From the NCBI RefSeq assembly GCF_000150275.1, contig NW_002060948.1, positions 2,410,180 to 2,474,179 on the forward strand: DNA of 64,000 nt, in the 5' to 3' direction. A program made the translations under genes and the position numbers. Source of the DNA: Trichoplax adhaerens. Lineage: Eukaryota; Animalia; Placozoa. The notes beneath the pieces are model-generated. The model worked only from the letters and a program-made list of their open reading frames with translations. It was not told the DNA's origin and ran no database searches. This document shows positions 53,397 through 64,000 of this stretch, one piece after another (the stretch's first letter is position 1; the number at the start of each line of letters is the position of its first letter).

Positions 53397-56300
53397 TTAG
53401 GCCTGAAGGCTAATTACGGCAATTTTAGTTGATTTTCCCGTAGAATACTTTCGAACTAGAAAAATGCCAATAACAGTTAACAAAATAATCCCTACTATGC
53501 CACATCCTATACCAACACTAATATTAATGATAAGGTCAGAATTAATTTGCGGCGGAGTTGTGATTTTAGTAAATGTAGCAAGGGCATAATTAGAGACTTG
53601 GGCTACGTTGGCACTGTTATCGTATGTTATCAAGGCAAATGAATACGTTTCATTAACTTTCGCATTAGGTATAGCAACTTGTAATTCTTCCAAAATACCA
53701 GGTAGACGAGGACGCATTGAATTGCCACTGTTCACGATAAAATCCGAAGTAACCAGCTGGCCGGAAGAAAAGTTACTGGTAAAAATAGTATAATTCAGAC
53801 TATAGCGAATTTCATATCTTGAAGCTACAGTTCAAATACATAAATGGAGTGATTTATTATTTTAATTTTAAAATGGCGTCATTAAATTGCGTAAGTCATC
53901 AAGAAAATCGCTTACCTCGACCAGTATCCATATTATCTCCAGGCGCTGTCCAAGTTAATAACATAGTAAAATTGATTACATTGGCCGTATTCGCTTGCAA
54001 ATCGTGAACTCTCGCAGGTGGAATCTTATCTATACCTGAAAAGATATCATTTAATTAGCAACTGCATGCATAATGTAAGAGCCAAGATTATTATGTACAA
54101 TTTTGAAGTTTGATCGGTAAGTCCTAATTGAACGCATAACTAATGAACTAATTTTTCAGGTAACTATCACATTAGTAACTAACCTTGAACATAATTAGTG
54201 ACTTGAAATAGATTACCGGACGTAACTCGTGTAAAAGAAGGTAAATGAATCAATTGATTTGAAGTTGTATTGCTGCCATCTTGATTATCCTGAATTCCGA
54301 TTAGCTGAGCCGTCAGAATATAAGCTTGATCTTGGCTAGCGTTAACTCGAGCTTGGACACTGTAACGGCCATTACTAATAAAATTAGTGTAGTAGCCAGA
54401 ATAGATCCCATCATTTTTAACTAAATCGGCGCCTGTCAAAACCAAATAACGAAATTAAAATTCAAAAACTATCCTCTGATTACATTTTTCACTTGATCGC
54501 TTACAAGAATTCAGCGATTTACCTGCTCCTTGATCATTTAATGTAATTACTTCGGATGTCGTCTTGCTAGGTGGGATAATACTTACATAAACCGATGCAT
54601 TTAATACTGCAAAATAATTTTTCTGAACGTTAACACTGATCAATACCTGGAAATAAAGTCATAAGTCATAAATTCATTAAGATTCAAAAATTACCAAATG
54701 ATGAAATTGGGTTATACTATAATTATATTTCAGTTCTCACCGGTTGTGGGTAAGTGATACTTGCTTGATCAATTTTAATGCTCGCTGTAACAGGGCTAGT
54801 TAATGGATTGCTAGATTTGCTAGATGTCGATGGCCGGCTTGTAACCGAAATTGCAATAGTTTGAATTGAACGCTTTTGGTTTCCGCCGGCTTGAATTTTA
54901 TAACGCCAAATTCCAGTCTATTTTGTATTAAAAAAATTGATTGTTAGAATACTAATTTAAGAAAACAGAACAAGTAACTGAATCAAACATACTTACTAAA
55001 TAGGCTTTTATCATTTTTTGTAGCCTATGGTGACTGTAGGATTGTAACAACATCCTAAATGAAGATTATGTACCTGAGTCGTAGACTTTCCAAAGTAGAA
55101 CCGGCTTAATCCATTGGAAGGTTGAGAATATACCTGTGATGATGTATTATAATCATCACCACTAGGTGATGTAACGACTAAAGTAGTTGGCTGAACATCC
55201 CATAGAATAGTGATAGCGGTATCGTTTCCAATAGACTCATCGATGTAAACATTTCCGTAATAAATTCCAAAGGCAGAAAGTTGTAAGCTTTCGCTTTGAA
55301 CCTTAATAAAGAAAGATAATCATAATATTCGTATCAGTATAAATCGCTAAGATAAATTCCTTATAGAAATCAAAGTTTAGTGTTAGGGGCTCTCACGAAA
55401 TTATACTAATTACCATCGTCACTTTAAATTAATCTCGATTTGTAAAGGTACCATTATTTCAAAACTTGCCTGCAAAATATTTTCCGCCTGTGATCCATCA
55501 CCAGCAGCATTTTGCTGTGATATCGACAAAAAAGCGCTGTTAAGGGTTGCAATATCTCCTGATGGAGCGTAAATCGCTTTTCCACCAGTAGAATAGGAGA
55601 CATTTTGCAGTCTTTCAGAAGCGGAGGAGCCTAATGATACGGTGTGTACGATAATTTGATTAGAAACTAAATCGTTGATAACCGAACTAATGTATGGCCC
55701 CACGTTCTCTTCTCCATCACTCAAGACAATCATTCTACCACCACATGGAAATGATTGATTTACTGAACTCTTCAACATCTGAAAAAAGCAAAACAGCCTA
55801 TTATAGAACATCAGTAGCTGTATTTATCGTAAAATTAAAGCTAACAATGCATAGCTATCTTAATCTATTTCTATTCGAAAGTGTCCTTGAAATAATCCAG
55901 TGTGCAACTGTTTAACATGTTCTATCTCTAACTAATAGTGGTGATATAATAACCTATGAGTTCTCTATTATACAATTAGTGCTACTTTATAAGATTAAAA
56001 TGAGAAACTTAATTTCTAAATATATATTTAGAAATTGGTGGTTATATTACAAACAAGCATCGGAAATAGTTTGAATTAATCGACCTACAGGCTCGGGGTA
56101 AACTGCTTTAATAATATCACAAGCAATAAATGTAAATTAACTTCTAGTGAATATGTACCCGTTCGAGTAATAATCTTGAGAGTACCAGTATAACAATGGC
56201 ATTTTAGCATTTATTATAAGAGTTAGAAACTTTCGCGTTAAGATAATTGAATTATATACTATTAAGGAAACAAGCTAAATCTCTTACATTTAGAGCCGAT

Positions 56301-58025
56301 AGTAATCCACCACCAACTGATGTTAAGCCGACGGCTGCACTTGGAATTTGAGCAATTAAATTATTTTTGACATTTTGATCGACAATTTTAGTTAACGAGC
56401 TCATTATTGTGGTTCTTGAATTAAAGGAAACAATGCCTAATATTTTAATTTAGATGAAATACGCAAATAATGATAAGATAAAAGCGAACAGAAGAATAGG
56501 AGATTAGTCAGTTGATTTCTTCTCTTACCTAAGAATTCGCCCTCGACTGCTGAATTTAATATAAAATTAGTGGTCGCTAGTCGCATTTGTTGTAAGCGCA
56601 CACCCTGCATGCTGCCGGAAGTATCCAAAACCAAAACAGTACGGATATCCTTTCGACGTACTATTCTAATATTTGGTACAGTGATATCGATTTGTCTAGC
56701 CGGATTATTGTTATTCGTGAAATCTTGGTGACGCATTATCACTGTCCACGTACTTTGGAAGAGGCAATATAAATTTTGATTATTCAAAGCAAAGGCGTTA
56801 TGGTAAGTCAATGGATTGGAATTGTCAGTATCGCAAAAAGTATTGACCTATCGAAATAAATATGGGCATGAAACCATTACTGATATATTCAGAATTAGAA
56901 TTTACGGAGTTTGATTAGTTAAAAGAAGAAAATAAATATAATGAAATCAATTATCATCCCTATATTTGACGTTACATTCTAATCTAATTACAGTATAGGT
57001 AAAGAGAGATTAAATAGATAAGCAGTAATTTCTAATCGTCTAACTGATAGTGATTGTATTATCAAAAATATTCTCAACACTTATAATTTATGAATTGATA
57101 AACGAATGCGGATATGAGAATAAATCAAAACAAGAGTGATACACGTATAGTTGACAGCCAATAAATTTAGTAATATGTATTTGATTTATTGATAATAGAG
57201 AAGTCATATTACCGAATCGATATTTTGATCGAACATAATTGATCCTTTTGAACCTTTGCCATTGGTAACAGAATAAACGCAATTAGACCCGTACGGATAA
57301 TTACATTTTTTTCCGGTAATTATATCGATGATCCCTCCTTCAATTTGCGCCGTACATTTGTTCTCATTAATATTACCTTGGCCATCTGAATAAATTAAGA
57401 TATTCTTTAATGAACAACCATAAACGATTACGTGATAGAATATTGTAGTACTTTAGATTAAGCACACTATTTAGTATATTGCAATTTTTATACCAATAAA
57501 TCCCAGCTGACTTGGGGATACCGCATATTCATCGAAAACTCCATAGCGGTAGTGAGCCCATTCATGAACTATCATTCGATATGGAGGTGCTTTCACTTGT
57601 TGAAATCGCTGTGGTGGAATTAAAATATACTGCCCACTCATTCCGCATCCCGGAACTCCAACTGTTGTCGCTCTTGTGTGACCAGGGACTAAATCGATAC
57701 GAAAATCTGCGGAGTCAAATGATTGACTTGTAGCTGCTTGATACGTAACCTTATCTTGCCACGTCGCAGGTATCAAAATTGTAACATTTTTAAAAAATGC
57801 TCTGTTTCGAGTAGCTGTATATAAATAACTGGAAGCATTAATAAAATTTTGTATCAAATCTGACACTAATGTCGGATAATCACTCTCAACAATGTTTTCT
57901 GATATAGCTACAACAACACCTGCGTATCCATTCTCCTTAATGGTCACAATACATCGTGACTGGTGACTTAGGATAAGAATCAAACATGCGTACACACTTA
58001 GGTAGATTATTGGCCTAAATCTCAT
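53397..58025 (-). CDS. CLCA: Calcium-activated chloride channel regulator (CLCA) family protein, paralog b, about 935 aa, 11 exons
   Basis: Exons: 58025-57494, 57385-57213, 56847-56529, 56436-56288, 55778-55470, 55301-55074, 54917-54741, 54646-54523, 54432-54184, 54035-53916, 53824-53397 (sum 2808 nt, in frame). HEWAHYRYGVFDEY, DTSGS MIDAS, GADLVKNDGIYS, C-terminal TM. Exons 2, 3, 4, 8 and 10 are identical in length to paralog a. Confidence 0.93.
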
Positions 58026-59128
58026 TTTAAAAGATACCTTCTTAACTGCAATTTCGTACTAACACTAGGTCGAACGAATCGTTAATTGTAAAAATTTCAA
58101 GTAGTGTTAAATATGGTCCGTACAATAGTAAGTTGACGCCGTCTTAAAATCTAGTATTGCCACGAAACAGTTTTTTATACCGTACTGTATATTCGATATA
58201 TTATTAAACTGAAGCAATCAACAGTCTTTGAATACAATTGCGCAGCCTTGATAATACATGAACAATAATTATCTGTCTATTGCCTAGCAATGAACACAAA
58301 GTAAATCACATTGTCGAACGGTAAATAAAGTCAAATGAAAGCGCCTTATTGTTATTAGTTATATATAGATATTATACAGGTTATGTGATACTATATTTGC
58401 CGTAGTATTTACTAAGTAACGACTTATGTTTTCGACACTTCCAGTAATAAACTTAATTTTGATCGTTACGAACCCAGACAGCTTCAGACTTGAAGCAACA
58501 GTATAATACTAAGTTAATAAAACCATGCTGATGATGCCTTACGTCTAGCTGCTTAGACAACATCTTAATTGGTATGCTCCGTAGATTAGCGAAGTCAAAC
58601 TTACAAAGAGTAGTATGAAAGGTACTCAAGAGTGGACCTGCCTCTTCTAAATAATGCTCAGTGCGTGCTTATATTTAGAAGGCTTAACATTTAACAGGTA
58701 CTGCAGTATAATAACAACGAAAAGATTGATTTATTTCAGCATTCTTTATTGTAGTAGAATTGATTACATCAGCCGACAGCATTGAAATATATAAACGGTT
58801 TATCAACCAAATAAATATATCTTCAAAGTATGCTATAATACGATTTCATATATCAATATACATATATATATATATATATGGTTTTATACCAATCGATTTG
58901 TCAATTTTCGGTATAAATCCATCTTTATTGCTTTCTGTCGTTTTTGAAACGATTTTGTGACCTCAACGAAAATGATTGCGATAGTATTATTTTATTTTAC
59001 AAATACATAACAATATATCGATGCTTAATAATTTTAGGTTGATTTTGGTCTATTACTAAATTTGATGGATGCATATAAAAGTTTTAACATCAAACTCGTA
59101 ATAGGGCCTGAAAGATATATTACACTAT

Positions 59129-62100
59129 CTAATAGGATGTGATATCTCGATTTGATATAGCGTATACAACCAATTCATAAACCAGCATCATCGATACGGT
59201 GTTAGGTATGACTCGTATTAAATGAGCATTCATTCCACCATAAAGCCCAGGTCTTCCTTCCTCTCTCCATACCTTTAGTAATGTCTGAACGAACGAGCGA
59301 TACTGTCGAGGACCATCAAATTTTTCACGTAATCTCGTTCGAACAACTTCGTGAGGGTATGTTAAGCCAGATGCAATAAACTTACTACCAGCGGCTGCAA
59401 TAATACATTCCGTAAAATCTTTGTATGATTTCTGTTGCGTAAAGCTATCGCGATTCTGTTTTAACGTCTTCTTTAGGCGCTCGTAAATAACGAATTGCAA
59501 AACAGTCTCTCCGATGCCTACATAACTAGCGGATAAACCACGATAGAAACCCCTAATACCATCTGTTGCATATATATTCTTAGCACACAGTAAACCACTC
59601 TTAAAGTTCGTTCTAGATAAAAGGAAAGGAAATATTATCAATTGTACCGAAGCCAGTTGTTAATTTAAAATTATATAAAACTATACCTTTTCGTATCTAG
59701 CTGCAAGCGCGTTTTTATAACCCAAATAGGGCAAGTAGAAGTGACCGCAACGGCACCTATTATAAAGGTAAAATATTAGTAAAGATGACTGCAAATGACG
59801 TCATTAGCTACTGCACTACATGAACATTATAAAAATTAAAAGAAAACGATGAGTAAACAGGCTCTGGTAAGACCTCCTGTTGCGAGATTACGATACAATC
59901 TTAATTCAAGGTAACACAAATCCAAAGGTGAGTGTACACTGACTGCACTGCACATCAACAACGTTTTATGTATGTGCAACATTATAAAAGGGTTAGTAAA
60001 TTAAGACTTGTAACGCCAATACTCGCAGCAGATCTTATCAGACAGACCATAAAAAAAGCGTTAAAAACTTAACATCGGATCCTTTACGTGACTCAATGCA
60101 TAAACAAATTGATTTTTAATTATTGGCTCATAACCGTAAATGCTAGAAAGTTCGTGGAAAGTACCCTTATAGAAGTTGTCAATGCATTGAGACGTATAGT
60201 AACCGACGCAACCAACTATATAAAGCTCATCCCAAATGAACAAAAAAACGTCGGGGCACAATATCAACATAACTATTTAAATATACTTATAATTCCTCTT
60301 AATATCAATGCATGCAACATTGCGTATAATGTATAAATACTTATATACATATGGCAAATAAATAATATTTTACAGTTCTATCCAGACACTAACTAATAAC
60401 AAACTCACATAAATGTTTAAAGCTAATTCATAGCAATTTTAATACCGTAGCGTAAACTGCCTTTAAACGTATTTACAAATTCGATATAAATTAGCAATTA
60501 TACAATTAAAACACTAGATATTATAGCAGCGCTACCATGAACACTACCATTGGTAAATCTTCCGTATCAAGCGTATGTAAGTCATTTCTTACCAGCATTA
60601 CCAAAGCAATGCTGAAGTATATGTAGTAGGCTGACAGTTGCTAAATGAAGCAAAGATTATTCATAGCATAACAAGTTACATCTTTACAAGCTAACATTAA
60701 ATATACGACATTAACGCAATCAGATTAAATGTTACACAATCAGGATTTAAGATAAATCTAATATCGGAAAGGCGATTTGAATGGAACTGTTATTGCGAAG
60801 AAATGGGGTACAGTGCCAACGTGAAGTCAGCACTGTCGATAAGCGTAAATTTGTGTCAAGAACGCAATTTATGCAATGAAACGCCTTGCAAAGGCAGCAC
60901 TCCAAGTCAATATGAATAAAAACGACGATATATAGCTGAAAAGCTTTTCAGGGTTTTATGTTGCAACAGAACGCAATAATTAATGCAAAGCTCCAGTGTT
61001 GCGCCGAAATTCTCGGCACTTTCTACGATTTCAATCGTTGTAATCACTTGTTAAAATACGAGTACGATCACTTCGCAGCGAATTTGATATAGCAAATTAG
61101 CCATCGAAGGAAGCTTAAGGGATTCATAAATTACCACGATTACTAACTTAAGGTTATTATACTAGGCGAATGATATACAGTAGCATGATTTAGAAGCTTT
61201 CAGCGCAGAATACAGTATTAAGGGCTTTATAATGTATGTTTACGAACATATATATATAATACAATACCGTACATAGCTGCGACTACTCTTCATAGCTGAA
61301 ATTCTCAAACTATCACCTCCTTGACTGAGAACTATCATATCATATAGCGCATCATTACCTCCAATACTAGCAGATAGCATATGAACCACGCTCGATTCCG
61401 GTTTCAACTTAGAATTGAAATACTTCTTAGACGTAGCGTACGTAGCAAAATATACCGATCGCGCTGGTGCAACACCGATTAAATAAGGGCCAATACCTTT
61501 CCATAGGGCACGTAAACCTTCATTCTGGACGATTAATCTATAAAGGAAATTAACCATCAATGAAGAATCAAAAATACCTTCAAGTCACAATCTTGACCTT
61601 ACCGTAAATGCATTACAACGCCTTGCTTGCCCTGACTAAATGGCAAAGCTTGTGTGACGTTGCCTCCAGCCAGAGAGATCACAGTAGGTTGTGATACAGC
61701 CAATTGCATATGAGGAACACGAGAGGCCTACGCCATAATATAACAATTTGCTAAATTTATAATGTTCACTGGCAAAATTTTCATAAACCAAGATACAATC
61801 TGAACAGCTAGATTAGCGTACGTCACATCGTTTATAAAGTTCAAGCAACAAGGTAAGTAAGAGTGTTATCATACCTGCAACCTCGTCTTGATGATTTCTA
61901 AAGGTGCTGTGAGTAGCGCTCCAGCTGTAGCTCCAGTGCTATTATACAGAAGTATGTAACATGTACCAAATTAATATCGCTTTGCATGTTAATACATTAT
62001 TGCTTGCACATCACTCTAAACTACTGTAGCTAACATGTACATCGCATAATATGGTCATTAGATCAATTCCGCAACACTGTAAAGTGTACCTATAATAGCA

Positions 62101-63148
62101 GCTACAATAACTGAACCCCTTATTAGTCAATATTCAAAATTAACCGTTCTCTACCGTAGATCTATAAATAAGCGAAGGAATCTAAATTGTAAGACTGACG
62201 TTTACGTAGTAGTGTAGCTTCAAGAACCAAATATTTCAACTTGCAGGACGTAGCACTAAAAACGTTTTCGAATCTATTCATTAATTATATGAACTATGTA
62301 TTTAACAGTTGTTGGAAACGGTGTGAAAGATGCTGAATGTGTCTGAGTAACCACTGAGTTCTGCAGTATACGGGTTGTAAAAAATTTTACGTTCAATACA
62401 GTAACGTGCTACTGTTAACGTATTAATAGACAAACTAGCCATATGCATTTAATCGTGGACATAGGAACATCAATGCAGCATCAATACTCGTTCTAACAAT
62501 ACCGCTGCACCTTCGCCCACATAAACAGACGGCTGCGTTTACAGTACTCTCTAGAGTTTAGTGAGTCTTGCGACGCCGCAATCGTAATAAATCGAATATG
62601 AAAATTTGCATCGATTCTCGTACTAAAATTACGAGATGCCTTACTTGTAAATTTAGTGAAAGAGTGACAAAGTCTCTTAGATTTTACGCACAATAGGGCC
62701 TTGAAGCATGAGGTACTGACGACTACCTTGATCCGATATCTGTACTGCAACAGTGCACACGACAGCAAGAATAAAATCGAAATACTGTACTGTACATTCA
62801 AGCGGATTACACGGCAGTAACTTTAGATGATACACCACCACGAAAAGACACAAAATTAGCATCTTCGTACTCTTTATTGACTACCAAGCCGGTTAACTTT
62901 ACGTTAAATAGATCCAGGTTTTGTGTTACGATCAACGAGAGCGAAGTGGAAATGATGTTATGTGAGACTACTGTACTACTAGTACATGATGGCGAAATTC
63001 TTCACCGTTTCAAACGTATCTCCCGAAAAGTATCACAGAGTATAGACAACCTTAAGTTGATTTTAAATATTATATCATATCAATCCTCTTACCCTCCAGC
63101 TACGAAATGTACAACAGGCGAGACTTTCTTCTCCTTCAAGTTAGTCAT
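59129..63148 (-). CDS. SLC25A36: Mitochondrial carrier SLC25A33/SLC25A36 (Rim2-like pyrimidine nucleotide carrier), about 325 aa, 6 exons
   Basis: Exons: 63148-63093, 61938-61875, 61727-61603, 61537-61359, 59756-59687, 59612-59129 (978 nt, in frame). Three carrier signatures PLEIIKTRLQ, PIWVIKTRLQ, PHEVVRTRLRE; subfamily motifs GVAPARSVYF, FYRGLSASY-GIGET, HLIRVIPNT. The 33 vs 36 assignment cannot be resolved; likely co-ortholog. Confidence 0.9.
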
Positions 63149-63319
63149 TTTTGAGCGAAGAGGTATTGAATTTTTAATAATCGATGTTATACTGACTCAA
63201 CATGCAGCTCTAAAACATCAAGTGTCCAGTCACAAGAGAACAGTGCAACAGCTACCAAGAGTCACAAATGTGAGCAGGAGCAAGAGTAGATACACCTTTA
63301 TATATCAAATACTGTAGTA

Positions 63320-63350
63320 GTCACGTGGGTTCCAAGAAATTTTATTGGTT
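63320..63350. promoter_or_regulatory. Candidate SLC25A33/36 promoter elements: E-box GTCACGTG and CCAAT box
   Basis: gtcacgtg at 63320-63327 and attgg (CCAAT on the minus strand) near 63344-63348, about 170-200 bp upstream of the ATG. Short motifs only. Confidence 0.3.
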
Positions 63351-63617
63351 GCTAAGCCATTTCCCATGATACCTTTCGTTTCTTCATTATTATTGGCTAA
63401 AGTGCCCGGATGTGCACGCTGCGATGGAATGGTCATGCATTGACTGAAGGTTACTTGAAGCTATTCAGCCAATCAGGTGCATGCATTGCCTACCCATAAT
63501 GCATCTGTGACATTACAGGTCCTTGGACTATATAGATAAAGGAAAAGAAAGAAAAGGTTAGAATTAGAATTAAATAACAAACTGTAATTGGTTAATACCA
63601 TAATTAAGTAACACGGC

Positions 63618-63872
63618 GGGTACAGTACGGTACGATACGTTACATTATCAACCAGAACCAGTACAGTACAGTACAGTACAGTGCTGTATCTCATTTCATA
63701 CTGTACAGTACTGTACTGTACACTGTACAGTATACTGTACAGTACAGTATAGTACTGTATAGTACAGTACAGTGCACTGTACGATGTACTGTACCGCACT
63801 GAACTGTGGGATACAAAGGTGAAAAAACAGGAGTAAAGTAAATATATTATTATACTATACTGTACAGTATAT
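63618..63872. repeat. Degenerate (TACAG)n/(CTGTA)n pentanucleotide microsatellite in mixed orientation
   Basis: Runs such as gtacagtacagtacagtaca and ctgtacagtactgtactgta; accounts for the spurious Y/S/T/V-rich ORF 63473-63985. Confidence 0.85.
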
Positions 63873-64000
63873 ACATTATAAATGGAGTCATGTTGTTTTT
63901 CATTCCTTATGCAAAATAACAAAAGGCGATTTACCCGTGGAATTCTGGGTATTTTGTACTTGTTTTGGAATAACGTCAACATCATTTGTCTTAGTCATTG

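Noticed and set aside
29072-57733. Short antisense or alternate-frame ORFs over GPCR and CLCA exons (e.g. 29072, 48688, 48966, 50184, 51006, 53608, 53819, 55694, 57512)
   Set aside because: Shadow ORFs of real coding exons.
62493-63317. ORFs of 102, 61 and 146 aa in or antisense to SLC25A33/36 intron 1 and exon 1
   Set aside because: No recognisable domains, and they overlap a well-supported gene.
63473-63985. 170-aa minus-strand ORF
   Set aside because: It is the translation of the (TACAG)n microsatellite.
1-64000. CRISPR arrays, rRNA/tRNA genes, prokaryotic operons
   Set aside because: The sequence is spliceosomal-intron-containing eukaryotic DNA; no repeat-spacer array or RNA gene was recognised by eye.

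Overview
AT-rich, intron-containing animal genomic DNA. The compact short introns, intronless rhodopsin-type GPCR cluster and (TACAG)n repeats suggest a placozoan such as Trichoplax, but this is inference. Six protein-coding genes are well supported: three tandem intronless class A GPCRs on the minus strand about 9 kb apart (19.4-38.8 kb); two convergent 11-exon CLCA-family zinc-metalloprotease/VWA genes with identical intron positions (44.9-58.0 kb), one using a GC-AG intron; and a 6-exon SLC25A33/36 (Rim2-like) mitochondrial carrier (59.1-63.1 kb). The first 16 kb has no recognisable gene but is a retroelement graveyard. It holds two families of solo-LTR-like elements (TG...CA ends, 5-bp target-site duplications), six copies in all, including one family nested inside the other, plus a possible decayed LINE endonuclease fragment. 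All exon and repeat boundaries were read by hand.
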